A stretch of DNA of 64,000 nt, taken from Candidatus Nomurabacteria bacterium (GTDB lineage: Bacteria; Patescibacteriota; Minisyncoccia; Phycocordibacterales; UBA5272). The stretch covers positions 176,182-240,181 of the forward strand of contig JBAXSC010000001.1 in assembly GCA_037130925.1 (NCBI GenBank). The letters are read 5' to 3'. Shown in pieces: positions 1 through 9,864 of the stretch. The notes under the pieces were generated by a model. It worked only from the letters and a program-made list of their open reading frames with translations. It did not search any database and was not told the origin of the DNA. The stretch's first letter is position 1, and each line of letters starts with the position of its first letter. The position numbers and the translations under genes are program-made.

Positions 1-2
1 TA

Positions 3-134
3 GTAAAAGAAGACGAATCATTAAGATCTCAATTAAAGAAACTTGGTTTTCTAAAAAGAGATCCAAGAAGTAAGGAAAGAAAGAAATTCGGTCTCAAGAA
101 AGCTCGTAAAGCTCCAACATGGTCAAAAAGATAG
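3..134 (+). CDS. 3' end of a truncated CDS encoding a very basic C-terminal tail (…[14 protein letters not shown]). Product not identified; possibly a ribosomal or RNA-binding protein.
   Basis: Open frame runs from the window edge to TAG at 132-134. Lys/Arg-rich tail. Confidence 0.3.
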   Translation, partial: VKEDESLRSQLKKLGFLKRDPRSKERKKFGLKKARKAPTWSKR

Positions 135-231
135 TAAACAAAGACTCAAAAGACTCAGTAGAAATACTGGGTTTTTTGTTTGACTTTATTTTTTTATTAA
201 GCTATTTTAGAGATATTAAATCTTATACATA

Positions 232-780
232 ATGATCAGTTCTTTAAAAGAATTAATGTTTGGTCTCGATCCATTGATCGCAGATCCTACATTAAAGAAA
301 TTCAAAGTTAAAATCGAAGATTTGAATAAAACTAATAGAATAGTTAAAGGAGGAATAAAAGGAATATTTTTTAATAGTTCATTTTTTAAAGGTCTTCCGG
401 CCATTAAAGATAAAAATAATAAAATCTATATTTTTTCTGTTAATTTTCATTCTTCTCAAATATCTTTTATAAGAGTGTTAGAAGAAATGAAAAATAGAAA
501 TTTAAGACCAATTAATATTTCTCTTTTTTTATATTTGAATTTAAAATCTTCAATATTAAGAAAAGAGTTTAAAAATATTGGCTATATGGATTCTAAGATT
601 AAAATGAATTTTTATTTAGCTTCTTTTAATGAAGAGAAAATTGATTTTTCTGTTTATAAAAGAGACGCTATTTTAGACAGGGAAATATATTTTCTTTGTG
701 AAAAAATTCCTTCCTTTTTTGAAAGATTGGTTAGTTTTATCAAAACCTCGGTTCCTAATATCCTTTTTTATTCAAGATAA
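232..780 (+). CDS. hypothetical protein
   Basis: 182-aa ORF, Phe/Lys/Ile-rich, no recognisable motif. Confidence 0.4.
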   Translation: MISSLKELMFGLDPLIADPTLKKFKVKIEDLNKTNRIVKGGIKGIFFNSSFFKGLPAIKDKNNKIYIFSVNFHSSQISFIRVLEEMKNRNLRPINISLFLYLNLKSSILRKEFKNIGYMDSKIKMNFYLASFNEEKIDFSVYKRDAILDREIYFLCEKIPSFFERLVSFIKTSVPNILFYSR

Positions 781-817
781 TTGAAATAAAGAAGGATATT
801 TTATTTTGTTAAAGTAT

Positions 818-845
818 TTGACAAATAATTTATAATATTATAGGA
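818..845 (+). promoter_or_regulatory. sigma70-type promoter (TTGACA 818-823; -10 weaker here) heading the repeated leader module (copy R1)
   Basis: TTGACAAAT box. Same architecture as the 22253 and 35466 copies. Confidence 0.45.
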
Positions 846-859
846 TATATTTAGTTAAA

Positions 860-888
860 TTTGCTCTTTAAAATCAAAAAAGAACAAA
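860..888 (+). promoter_or_regulatory. conserved leader inverted repeat TTTGCTCTTT-N-AAAGAACAAA (copy R1; one mismatch in the stem)
   Basis: Aligns with 22295-22328 and 35508-35542 (TTTTGTTCTT…AAGAACAAAA). Confidence 0.5.
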
Positions 889-938
889 TCTAAATTTCAA
901 AAACAATTATTTTTAAACAAAATTAAATTTTACAACAA

Positions 939-1631
939 ATGAAAAGTAAAAGAGTGGACTTGTGTGAATCACTTTTTGGTATTAAATTGCCAGAATTATT
1001 TCCTTACAAATCAAACAGAAAAATAGAAAGTGAGGAAAAAAATGAAAACGGAATTCTTGTTCCTGGTAAATGGGAATATAAAAATGAATCTGTTATTATT
1101 CATCCAGATTTGGAAAAATTTTTACCGGTAGAAACTATGACCCCAGAGCAAGCATTGCGACAGTTGAATATTTGCTCAAGTATTGCAATGGGTTGGGCAA
1201 ATGACAGCTACAAATATTTTGGACAAAAGCTTATGATGCATTTTTATTGCCAAGCAATATTAAATTGCATTTATTTTGCTTCAAAAAATTTTTCTGTTTG
1301 GGAAAAGGTAGTTTGTAATGATATGGATTTTTGGGGTTTTTTAGGAAAAGAGATTTTTGTATTTTGTGATGGATTTAAAGGGGAAAGACCAGATTTGTTT
1401 TATTATTCAAAAAAAATTACATTTTCTTTATTGAGATTAAAATTAGAAAATGGTGTATTACTTTATAAAGGACGAGAAAATAGTAAAAATGTTTGGGTTG
1501 GTAATGAGCTTTATAGTGCCATGACCATCGGACTTTTTTACAATGATAATCCTTTTAGTAAAGATGCTATTTTAAAAATTCTTAATGAGAAGTGTAATGA
1601 AGTAACAAAAAAACTGAATGCTACAAAGTAA
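939..1631 (+). CDS. hypothetical protein, member of a paralog family (related to the frameshifted gene at 35589-36127)
   Basis: 230-aa ORF. Shares the IKLP… and NEN..LVPGK(W)EY segments with the 35.6 kb gene and the same upstream module. Confidence 0.5.
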   Translation: MKSKRVDLCESLFGIKLPELFPYKSNRKIESEEKNENGILVPGKWEYKNESVIIHPDLEKFLPVETMTPEQALRQLNICSSIAMGWANDSYKYFGQKLMMHFYCQAILNCIYFASKNFSVWEKVVCNDMDFWGFLGKEIFVFCDGFKGERPDLFYYSKKITFSLLRLKLENGVLLYKGRENSKNVWVGNELYSAMTIGLFYNDNPFSKDAILKILNEKCNEVTKKLNATK

Positions 1632-1658
1632 TTTTTTGGTTTTAAAAGACATCAGAAA

Positions 1659-1686
1659 GGTCGGATATTTTCCGGCCTTTTATTTT
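1659..1686 (+). terminator. rho-independent terminator
   Basis: GGTCGGA-tattt-TCCGGCC stem (one G·U pair) followed by TTTTATTTT. Confidence 0.6.
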
Positions 1687-1793
1687 GCCCAAAAAGTCAT
1701 TTTATGATATTATATTTACAACACTAAGACGGTAGCTAAAGGATATTATTCAGAAAAGCATGTTTTAGTTTAGTGTTTTGTTATTTAAAAAAT

Positions 1794-2408
1794 ATGAAAG
1801 ATATTAACTCAAATCAAGAAGAAATAGAAGAATCAGAAAAAGATGATGTTGTCTTTGAAGAGCTAAATGCAGAAGGTGAAGAATTTAGTGAAAAAGATAA
1901 ACAAAAAAATGCTAAAAATAAATTAGCAGAAAAGTTTGCTGACAAAATAGAAAGATTAGAAAAAGAAAGAGATGAATATTTGAAAGGATGGCAAAGAATT
2001 CAAGCAGATTATAAAAATCGTGAGAAAGAAATAGAAGAATATAAAAAATCAGTTATTAAATTTGCGAATGCAGATTTTGTAAAAGATTTATTACCTGTGC
2101 TTGATGGATATGATCTGGCAAGAAGTAATAAAACTCAATGGGAAAATGTAGATAGTAATTGGAGAGTAGGTATAGAATATCTATTTTCTCAACTCTCAAA
2201 TGTTGTAGAAAGTAATGGTGTAGAAATTTTTGGTAAAGAAGGAGAAAATTATAATCCTGTCATACATGAAGCTATAGAAACTGTGAATTTATCAAGTGAA
2301 GAAAAAGACAAGAATGATAAAATAGTAAATGTAATACAAAAGGGATATAAAATTGGTGAGAAAATTTTACGACCTGCAAGAGTAAAAGTCGGAAAATTTG
2401 AAGAATAA
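1794..2408 (+). CDS. grpE: nucleotide exchange factor GrpE
   Basis: GrpE C-terminal signature …FANADFVKDLLPVLDGYDLA…, coiled-coil N-terminus. ATG at 1794 preferred over the GTG at 1773. Confidence 0.85.
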   Translation: MKDINSNQEEIEESEKDDVVFEELNAEGEEFSEKDKQKNAKNKLAEKFADKIERLEKERDEYLKGWQRIQADYKNREKEIEEYKKSVIKFANADFVKDLLPVLDGYDLARSNKTQWENVDSNWRVGIEYLFSQLSNVVESNGVEIFGKEGENYNPVIHEAIETVNLSSEEKDKNDKIVNVIQKGYKIGEKILRPARVKVGKFEE

Positions 2409-2439
2409 AATTATTAGAGTAAAAAATCAAAACAAATTA

Positions 2440-2485
2440 TTTTAAAATTTCTTAACCCTAAAGGGCTCCGACAAAATTTTAAAAA
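2440..2485. repeat. conserved 30-nt motif TTCTTAACCCTAAAGGGCTCCGACAAAA (copy 1), in the grpE-dnaK intergenic region
   Basis: Same core as 33937-33964. Flanked by TAAAATTT…AATTTTAA. Confidence 0.5.
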
Positions 2486-2528
2486 ATTATTTTGATTTTA
2501 TATAATATAAAAAATAAATTATAAAAAT

Positions 2529-4418
2529 ATGTCAAAAATTATTGGAATCGATTTAGGAACAACAAATTCAGCGGTGGCTATCATCGAAGGTGGTCAACCA
2601 AAAATTATAGAAAATGTAGAAGGATATCGTACAACTCCTTCTGTAGTTTCATTTTCAAAAAATGGAGAGAAGTCAGTAGGTATAACAGCAAAGAGACAAT
2701 CTGTAATTAATCCAGAAAATACAATTTATGGAGTAAAAAGATACATGGGTCACTCTTTTTCTGATAAAGAAGTACAAAATGATATTCCAAATGTTGCCTA
2801 CAAATTAAAAGAAGGAACTGGAGGATCAGTAACTGTGACTTTGGATGGAAAAGAATATCGTCCAGAGGAATTGTCTGCGATGATTCTTCAAAAAATAAAA
2901 TCAGATGTAGAAGCAAAGCTTGGTGAAAAAATTACAGAGGCTGTGATCACAGTACCTGCGTATTTTAATGATTCACAAAGACAAGCAACTATAGACGCTG
3001 GAAAAATTGCAGGACTCGATGTAAAAAGAATTATCCCAGAGCCAACAGCAGCTGCTCTCGCTTATGGATTTAATTCAAATAAAAATGAAAAGCTTGCAGT
3101 ATTCGACCTCGGAGGAGGAACATTTGATATTTCTATTCTTGAAGTAGGTGATGGAGTTGTGGAAGTTAAATCTGTAGATGGAGACTCTCATCTTGGAGGG
3201 CGCGATATTGATCAACAAATCATTAAATTTATTTCAGAGAAATTTAAAAATGAGACTGGTATCGATGTTTCAAAAGATCCTCTTGCAATACAAAGAATTG
3301 ACGAAGCTGCAGAAAAAGCAAAACATGAGCTTTCAACTCAATCAGAATCAGAAATCTTTTTACCATTCCTTGCAGCCGGACAAGATGGACCAAAGAATTT
3401 ACAAATGAAATTAACTCGTGCTGAGCTTGAAAATATTGCTCGTCCTTTTGTAGAAAGAGCAATTGAAATTACAAAGAGAGCACTTGCAAATTCTCCTTTC
3501 AAAAAAGAAGAAATCAATGATGTTATTTTAGTTGGAGGACAAACAAGAATGCCAATGGTTATCGAGGCTGTTAAAAATCTTTTTGGTAAAGATCCAAATA
3601 GATCAATTAATCCTGATGAAGTTGTGGCACTCGGTGCAGCAGTACAAGCTGGAGTTTTACAAGGTGATGTCAAAGATGTTCTTCTTCTTGATGTTATTCC
3701 ACTTTCACTTGGTATCGAAACAATGGGTGGTGTTGCGACAAAACTAGTTGAGAAAAATACAACTATTCCAACACAAAGATCACAAACTTTCTCAACTGCA
3801 GCTGACAATCAGACTTCAGTAGAAATTCACATTGTTCAAGGTGAAAGACCATTAGCGGCTGATAATAAATCTCTAGGAAGATTTATTCTTGATGGTATTC
3901 CTCCAGCACCTCGTGGTATGCCACAAGTCGAAGTATCATTTGATCTTGATGCGAATGGTATTCTTCAGGTGAAAGCAAAAGATAGAACTTCAGGAAAAGA
4001 GCAATCAATCAGAATCGAGGCTTCATCTGGTCTTTCAAAAGAAGATATTGAAAAAATGCAAAGAGAAGCAGAAGCAAATGCAGAAGCTGACAAACAAAAA
4101 ATGGAATTAATTGAAGCAAAGAATTTTGCTGATCAAGTAATTCATACAGCTGAAAAAGCTTTGAAAGATGCTGAAGGAAAAATTTCTGATGAAATTAAAA
4201 ATGATGTCACAGAAAAAAGAATTAATTTAACTTCAGTTAAAAATAATCCTGATTCATCTCTAGAGCAAATTAAAAAAGCTACAGAAGAATTGTCAGAATC
4301 AATGATGAAAATAGGTGAGGCTATGAAGACTGCAAATGATCAAGCAAATCCAAATCCAGAAAATCCAACTGGAGATGCAAATCAAGCTGATCAAAATTCT
4401 TCAGAACAAACTCAATAA
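2529..4418 (+). CDS. dnaK: molecular chaperone DnaK (Hsp70)
   Basis: [17 protein letters not shown]…, DLGGGTFD and [11 protein letters not shown] motifs. 629 aa. Confidence 0.97.
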   Translation: MSKIIGIDLGTTNSAVAIIEGGQPKIIENVEGYRTTPSVVSFSKNGEKSVGITAKRQSVINPENTIYGVKRYMGHSFSDKEVQNDIPNVAYKLKEGTGGSVTVTLDGKEYRPEELSAMILQKIKSDVEAKLGEKITEAVITVPAYFNDSQRQATIDAGKIAGLDVKRIIPEPTAAALAYGFNSNKNEKLAVFDLGGGTFDISILEVGDGVVEVKSVDGDSHLGGRDIDQQIIKFISEKFKNETGIDVSKDPLAIQRIDEAAEKAKHELSTQSESEIFLPFLAAGQDGPKNLQMKLTRAELENIARPFVERAIEITKRALANSPFKKEEINDVILVGGQTRMPMVIEAVKNLFGKDPNRSINPDEVVALGAAVQAGVLQGDVKDVLLLDVIPLSLGIETMGGVATKLVEKNTTIPTQRSQTFSTAADNQTSVEIHIVQGERPLAADNKSLGRFILDGIPPAPRGMPQVEVSFDLDANGILQVKAKDRTSGKEQSIRIEASSGLSKEDIEKMQREAEANAEADKQKMELIEAKNFADQVIHTAEKALKDAEGKISDEIKNDVTEKRINLTSVKNNPDSSLEQIKKATEELSESMMKIGEAMKTANDQANPNPENPTGDANQADQNSSEQTQ

Positions 4419-4499
4419 TTGAAATTTTTTAGAGTAGAAAATAGAAATATTTTCTACTTGGTAAAGAATTTAATTCTGATATAATTAAAAAATAAAAAT

Positions 4500-4877
4500 A
4501 TGACACCAAAATTAAAAAATTTAACAATCTGTGAAAATGTTATTATTGCACAAAACAAAACAAGAAGTTATATTAATATTTTTGATAGAGTAAAATCTGA
4601 TTTGCCGGTTGTTTTTCCAAAATTTTACATAGTTTCATCAATTGAAAGTGATCAAGAAAGTGAAAAGTATATTGAAAAAATAGAAATAATAGATCCTGAT
4701 GGAAATGTTTTATCTAAGATCGAAGGTGATACACAAACTGAATTATATAAAAGTCATTTTATATGTCAATTTAATAATATAAATTTTCAAAAATCTGGAA
4801 AGTATTTAGTTAGAGTTTATATTAATGGTAGTGAAATAACAAATAGTAATGAATCTTTTGTTGTTGAAAATATATAA
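4500..4877 (+). CDS. hypothetical protein (small, soluble)
   Basis: 125-aa ORF wedged between dnaK and dnaJ. Confidence 0.4.
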   Translation: MTPKLKNLTICENVIIAQNKTRSYINIFDRVKSDLPVVFPKFYIVSSIESDQESEKYIEKIEIIDPDGNVLSKIEGDTQTELYKSHFICQFNNINFQKSGKYLVRVYINGSEITNSNESFVVENI

Positions 4878-4881
4878 AAAT

Positions 4882-5286
4882 ATGAACTCTGTTGAAAGCA
4901 AAATTTTTTATAATACTGAATCTAACATTATTGATGTTAGTAATGATGGTGATTATAATAAAAAGCCATTATCAACAAACGATTTAATTAATATTTTAAT
5001 TAAAAAAGTAGACGAAACAACTGTAACATCAAATAAAGCAGAAAAAATTTCTAAAGATGCTTATAATTTAACTTTATTTGGTTTTCTTGTGCTTTTGGTT
5101 ATGGTTGCAGGATTGATTCTTTCCGGGTATTCTATAGTACAACAGTCTTCTCATAATGAAAATGATTATAATAATAAGATTTTTGAATACGATAGTAAAA
5201 TTTCTAAAAATGAAAATGACATTAAAAATTTAAAGATATGTTTATCTATTAGTAAATGGTTAAATCCAAAATGTTTAGATAATTAA
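4882..5286 (+). CDS. hypothetical membrane protein (one central TM segment)
   Basis: ATG at 4882 follows the stop of the previous gene. Hydrophobic stretch LFGFLVLLVMVAGLILSGY. Confidence 0.4.
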   Translation: MNSVESKIFYNTESNIIDVSNDGDYNKKPLSTNDLINILIKKVDETTVTSNKAEKISKDAYNLTLFGFLVLLVMVAGLILSGYSIVQQSSHNENDYNNKIFEYDSKISKNENDIKNLKICLSISKWLNPKCLDN

Positions 5287-5302
5287 ATTATAAAATAAAA
5301 AT

Positions 5303-5584
5303 ATGAAAACAAAAAAAGAATTAGAAGGAAAAGTTTGGTATAGAATATTAAAAGTTTTATTTATTATTTTATTTATTTTTTCAATTATGGGAATTTTAGT
5401 TTTTTCATATAATGATTCTCACAATGTTTTATATTATAAAGGATATATATTGTCTAATAGTATGGATTATATAAAAGATTCATTTGATTTAATAACTCTT
5501 TCAATTATCAATATATGTTTATTTATATTAATTAGAAATACTTTCTATTATATTGTTTTAGGGAAATTTAGACCAAAAGATTAA
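5303..5584 (+). CDS. hypothetical small membrane protein (2 TM)
   Basis: 93-aa ORF with two hydrophobic segments. Confidence 0.4.
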   Translation: MKTKKELEGKVWYRILKVLFIILFIFSIMGILVFSYNDSHNVLYYKGYILSNSMDYIKDSFDLITLSIINICLFILIRNTFYYIVLGKFRPKD

Positions 5585-5588
5585 AATT

Positions 5589-6710
5589 ATGTCACAAAAA
5601 AATTATTACGAATTATTGGGAGTTTCAAAATCGGCAAGTAAAGAAGAAATTAAAAAAGCTTTTTATAAACTTGCGTCTAAATATCATCCAGATAAAAAAG
5701 GTGGTGATGAAGCAAAATTCAAAGAGGTAAATGAAGCTTACCAAGTTCTTTCTAATGATCAAAAAAGAAAAGAGTACGATACATATGGACAAACATTTTC
5801 TGGAGCAGGATCAAATGGTCGAAGTGGATTTGGACAGCAGCAAGGTCAAGGATTCGGTGGATTTGATTTCTCTGGATTTCAAGGATTCAATCAAGGAGAT
5901 TTTCAAGACATGGATTTTGATTTAGGTGATATTTTCGGAGAAATGTTTGGAGGTGGTGGATTTGGTGGACAGCAAAGAGAAAAGAGAGGTCGTGATATGT
6001 CTCTCGAAATTGATATTAATTTTGAAGAAGCAGTATTTGGAATTGAAAGAAATATTTTAATCTCTAAAATCTCAAAATGTAAGACCTGTACAGGTTCTGG
6101 AGCAAAAGTAGGTACGAGTATGGAAACTTGTCATAAATGCGCAGGAAAGGGCAAAATTCACGACGTGAAGCGTACTATATTCGGTGCTATGCAATCAGTG
6201 AAGACTTGTGATGAATGTAATGGAAAAGGTCAGGTTCCAAAAGAGAAATGTGAGACATGTAAAGGTAATGGAGTTTTGAATACAAAAGAAGATATTAAAA
6301 TTTCAATTCCAGCTGGAATAAATAATGGAGAAGTAATCAGAATGGGTGGAATGGGTGAAGCTGTAAAAGATGGTAAAGCTGGAGATCTCTATATTAAAAT
6401 TTTTGTAAAAGCACACAAGATTTGGAAGAGAGAAGGAAATGATCTTGTGATGAATCATGATATAAAATTATCTGATGCATTACTCGGAGCAAAGCATATC
6501 ATCTCAACGCTTGATGGAAATGTAGAAGTTATAATTCCTATCGGAGCTCATGCGAATGATATTTTGAGGGTGAAAGGAAGAGGTGTGCCTCATACTTCGA
6601 ATCCAAAAGTTAGGGGAGATATTTTAATTAAATTAAATATTCAAATTCCTAAAAAACTTTCGAGAAAAGCAGAAGAATTAGTAAATAAATTAAAAGAAGA
6701 AGGTCTCTAA
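5589..6710 (+). CDS. dnaJ: molecular chaperone DnaJ
   Basis: J-domain with HPD (…YHPDKK…), G/F-rich linker, four CxxCxGxG zinc-finger repeats, C-terminal domains. Confidence 0.95.
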   Translation: MSQKNYYELLGVSKSASKEEIKKAFYKLASKYHPDKKGGDEAKFKEVNEAYQVLSNDQKRKEYDTYGQTFSGAGSNGRSGFGQQQGQGFGGFDFSGFQGFNQGDFQDMDFDLGDIFGEMFGGGGFGGQQREKRGRDMSLEIDINFEEAVFGIERNILISKISKCKTCTGSGAKVGTSMETCHKCAGKGKIHDVKRTIFGAMQSVKTCDECNGKGQVPKEKCETCKGNGVLNTKEDIKISIPAGINNGEVIRMGGMGEAVKDGKAGDLYIKIFVKAHKIWKREGNDLVMNHDIKLSDALLGAKHIISTLDGNVEVIIPIGAHANDILRVKGRGVPHTSNPKVRGDILIKLNIQIPKKLSRKAEELVNKLKEEGL

Positions 6711-6740
6711 AATTTTCTAAAAATAATTTATAAAAATAAA

Positions 6741-6770
6741 AATCCTGAAATTAATTTCAGGATTTTTATT
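6741..6770. terminator. bidirectional rho-independent terminator
   Basis: Perfect 11-bp inverted repeat AATCCTGAAAT/ATTTCAGGATT with T-runs on both sides, between convergent genes. Confidence 0.7.
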
Positions 6771-6779
6771 TAAAGAATT

Positions 6780-7037
6780 TTAATTTCCAACTACACGAGA
6801 TCCATTCATATAAGAAAGTGTAAATAATGTAATTATTATAATAACAATAGCAAATACAACTAAAATTGTAGAATTTAATCTTTTTTTATCTTTAACTTCT
6901 TCTTGTTCAACTTTTTCGTAAAGAGCTTCAAGATTTGCTATATGAGGATCTACAGTAAAAGGTGCAACTTTATGAAGCTCTGTATCTGGAACCATATTTT
7001 CTGGTTTAGGAATATTATTTATATTTGGATTTTCCAT
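6780..7037 (-). CDS. hypothetical tail-anchored small membrane protein
   Basis: 85-aa ORF with a C-terminal TM helix. Confidence 0.35.
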   Translation of the reverse strand: MENPNINNIPKPENMVPDTELHKVAPFTVDPHIANLEALYEKVEQEEVKDKKRLNSTILVVFAIVIIIITLFTLSYMNGSRVVGN

Positions 7038-7139
7038 ATTTTTATAAATTATTTATTATATTAAATTATAACATACATAAAATATGTATTTAAAATATTT
7101 TTTTAGTTTTCCACACTTTGGTGTATAATAGTAAAAAAT

Positions 7140-7210
7140 TACCTGATCGTCTAATGGTAGGACAACAGTTTCTGGCACTGTTAATTGGGGTTCGAATCCC
7201 TATCGGGTAG
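7140..7210 (+). tRNA. tRNA-Gln (anticodon CTG)
   Basis: Manually folded cloverleaf. Acceptor TACCTGA/TCGGGTA (one G·U), D-arm GTCT/GGAC, anticodon stem ACAGT/ACTGT with loop TTCTGGC, T-arm TGGGG-TTCGAAT-CCCTA. No encoded CCA. -10 TATAAT at 7124-7129. Confidence 0.75.
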
Positions 7211-7235
7211 CAAGATAATGATTAATATTTTTATA

Positions 7236-8003
7236 TTATTCTATAACTGTAAATAAACCAGCTTTTAAGATATTTTTTCTTAATTCTGTTCTTTTTTCTT
7301 TTTCATTTGTATGACTTTCATCTCCGACTGTTTGACCTTTAATTAAATTATCTGATACATATACAAGTGCTGTACTTGGAACATTAAAATATTTAGATAC
7401 TGCAAAAATTGTAGAGATTTCCATTTCAACTCCATAATATCCATCATTAGACCAAGAAAGAATATCTTCTAAAGATTCTCCTAGCATTGCTTGATTAGTT
7501 ATTATTGGTCCTCTTTTAGTTGAAAAATTTGTTCCTAAATTCTTTTGAAGTAATTCAGATAATTTTTCATCTGAAAAATGTTTAAAATCTTTTGCTTCTT
7601 TATTATATATTCTTGTAGTACTTTCGTCTCCATAGCTATATGTAGGAATAATTAAATCTAAAGAATTGATATCTTTTTCTAGTCCACCACAACTACCAAG
7701 ATGAATATTTTTCTTTGAACCAAATAGACAAGCTAAATGAACAAATTCAGAAAGCATGGCTCCACCATACATTACAACAAACCAATAATTTTTATTATTT
7801 ATTTTAATTTCTAAAACATGAGATAGAAATCCTTCTAAAATTTTTAAAGAATAAGAAATATTACTTTCTTTTAAAACAGATTCTATTTCTTCTCTTTGCT
7901 TTTCTTCCATCCATCCTCCATAGGAAATAAAACCCTCAACTTGATAATCAAGTGGTAAATTAAGTTGTTTTTTAAAATCTTCTGCTGTAAATGTTTTATA
8001 CAT
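7236..8003 (-). CDS. nucleoside phosphorylase-family protein (PNP/UDP phosphorylase or MTA nucleosidase-like fold)
   Basis: GSCGGL and GVEMEISTIFAV motifs typical of phosphorylase family 1. Confidence 0.5.
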   Translation of the reverse strand: MYKTFTAEDFKKQLNLPLDYQVEGFISYGGWMEEKQREEIESVLKESNISYSLKILEGFLSHVLEIKINNKNYWFVVMYGGAMLSEFVHLACLFGSKKNIHLGSCGGLEKDINSLDLIIPTYSYGDESTTRIYNKEAKDFKHFSDEKLSELLQKNLGTNFSTKRGPIITNQAMLGESLEDILSWSNDGYYGVEMEISTIFAVSKYFNVPSTALVYVSDNLIKGQTVGDESHTNEKEKRTELRKNILKAGLFTVIE

Positions 8004-8074
8004 ATATTTATATTATAATCATATAATAAATAATGTCAAAATAAGAAAATTGTTATATAATATATTCAAAATAT

Positions 8075-8521
8075 ATGTATCGTAAAGGCGTTGCGGCAAT
8101 TATAATAAATAAAAATCAAGAATTTCTTTTGATAAATTTAATTTCTTTTGAAGAGAAATATTTTGCTATTCCTGGCGGAGGAAGTGAAGATAATGAAAGT
8201 CTTGAAGAAACTGTTTATAGAGAAATAAAAGAAGAACTAGGAATAGGAAAAGATTCTTTGGAATTGATAGGAAAAAGTGAAAATCCTTTATGTTTTAAAT
8301 TTGCAGAAATAAAACTTTCTCGTAATGGAGTTGAATACGAAGGTTCAGAAAAATATTATTTTGGATTTAAATTTATAGGTGAAGATAGCGAAATAAAACT
8401 CAAAGAAGATGAAGTGAGATCTTATAAATGGGTTTCCTTTTCTGATTTAAAAGATTATTTATTATTTGATGAACAATTAAAAGATACTGAAGAAAAAATA
8501 AAGGAAATATTTATTATATAA
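8075..8521 (+). CDS. NUDIX hydrolase
   Basis: Nudix box GGGSEDNESLEETVYREIKEELGI. Confidence 0.75.
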   Translation: MYRKGVAAIIINKNQEFLLINLISFEEKYFAIPGGGSEDNESLEETVYREIKEELGIGKDSLELIGKSENPLCFKFAEIKLSRNGVEYEGSEKYYFGFKFIGEDSEIKLKEDEVRSYKWVSFSDLKDYLLFDEQLKDTEEKIKEIFII

Positions 8522-8529
8522 TTATTATT

Positions 8530-9855
8530 ATGGAAGAAATAGGGTCTAATATTCAAAAAAAAGAAAATCAGAAATCGATACGTGAACGTATTTATTTTCC
8601 TCATATAGATGCTATTACAAAAGCTTGGGAAAAACATTTTGGTACTATTGAACAATTTGAGTTCCATGCTATTAGAGAGATACTATATACATATATCGAA
8701 CAAAGAATAGACAAGACTTCTATTTATAATTCAGAAAAAATTGGTGCTTCTTTTGTTTACAGTATTACTGATCCAGGTGAATTAGCAAAAAATATATATA
8801 GTAAAATTACTAATGGTAAAATTTTAGATTTAAAGAAGAATATTACAGAAAATTCTAAAAAAGAAAAAGAATTTATGTTTATTGGTGGACTGGTTGGTAC
8901 ATCATCTGGAAATGAATATGCTTCTCAAGAAGAAGTTTTGCATAGAATGATAGAAGAATTACCTCGTGCATTTGAAGATATTAAAAATGGCGTAGAGCCA
9001 AAACAAAAAGAGATCTATACACTAGGATCACCTACAAATGAGCTTGGCGAAATTTCAGATAGATTTATATATTCTTTAAAAGATAAAAAAGCATCAGAAG
9101 AATTTGGTATGCTTTATGCTGATTTTATTTCTAATCTCTTAGCTAAAGAAGTTGATAATGATAAAACTACTAATATATATTTTAATGGAATTTCTATGGG
9201 TGCGGGTTTTGCAATTGAAACAGCAAAAGAATTAAAGAAAGAAAATTTTATCACACAAATACATGAAGAAATAAATAAACCTTTTTTACAGGTTCAGATA
9301 AATACACCTCCAGGGCAAAGTGATCCTTTAACAAAGTTTAAGAAAATAAAAATAAAAGCAGGATTTGTATTGCAGGTTTTGTATTCTATGGTAAACGATC
9401 CTTATATGAGAGATGTGATGATGCAAGATAGAAAATTTTTATCAAGTAAAAATAAAATACTTTCTGATAGAGGTATCGTATTAAATATGTCACCTGAGCA
9501 AAAGAATAAAAAAGAGAAAGTTATTTCTGAAGTCGTTCAAGATCTTGTTGATGGTGTATTTATTCCTAATGATTTAAAAATTACTGAAATAATAGGTAAA
9601 TCTGACCCACTAATGTATTCTAGTAAATTTAATGATAAATTAAAAGAACAAAGAAATAGATTTACAGAAAGAAGAGACATAGAAGGTGAATCTCTTGGAG
9701 AAAATATTGTTTCAAATGATAATGAACCAAACAGAAGAACTTTTGGAATTGGGACAAATCATAGTATTCCCTTTTTAAGGCCAAGTGAATTTCAAAGATT
9801 AAAAAAAGTTGTTAATTTGATTCAGGAATTAAAAACAGAACTTAATAATAAATAA
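8530..9855 (+). CDS. hypothetical protein with a GISMG nucleophile-elbow-like motif (possible alpha/beta-hydrolase-like)
   Basis: 441-aa ORF. GxSxG pentapeptide (GISMGAG) is the only recognisable feature. Confidence 0.4.
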   Translation: MEEIGSNIQKKENQKSIRERIYFPHIDAITKAWEKHFGTIEQFEFHAIREILYTYIEQRIDKTSIYNSEKIGASFVYSITDPGELAKNIYSKITNGKILDLKKNITENSKKEKEFMFIGGLVGTSSGNEYASQEEVLHRMIEELPRAFEDIKNGVEPKQKEIYTLGSPTNELGEISDRFIYSLKDKKASEEFGMLYADFISNLLAKEVDNDKTTNIYFNGISMGAGFAIETAKELKKENFITQIHEEINKPFLQVQINTPPGQSDPLTKFKKIKIKAGFVLQVLYSMVNDPYMRDVMMQDRKFLSSKNKILSDRGIVLNMSPEQKNKKEKVISEVVQDLVDGVFIPNDLKITEIIGKSDPLMYSSKFNDKLKEQRNRFTERRDIEGESLGENIVSNDNEPNRRTFGIGTNHSIPFLRPSEFQRLKKVVNLIQELKTELNNK

Positions 9856-9864
9856 AATATATTT

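Noticed and set aside
216-404. 62-aa minus-strand ORF overlapping the 232-780 plus-strand ORF
   Set aside because: It is antisense to a longer ORF and has a low-complexity hydrophobic product with no start context. It is typical of AT-rich shadow ORFs. The same reasoning applies to other antisense track ORFs inside dnaK, valS, priA, gatB, miaA, rel, topA and smc.
1690-1772. Inverted repeat AACACTAA…TTAGTGTT upstream of grpE considered as a CIRCE (HrcA operator)
   Set aside because: The half-sites are in the wrong order and are 45 nt apart instead of 9. They lack the GCACTC core. No hrcA gene is present.
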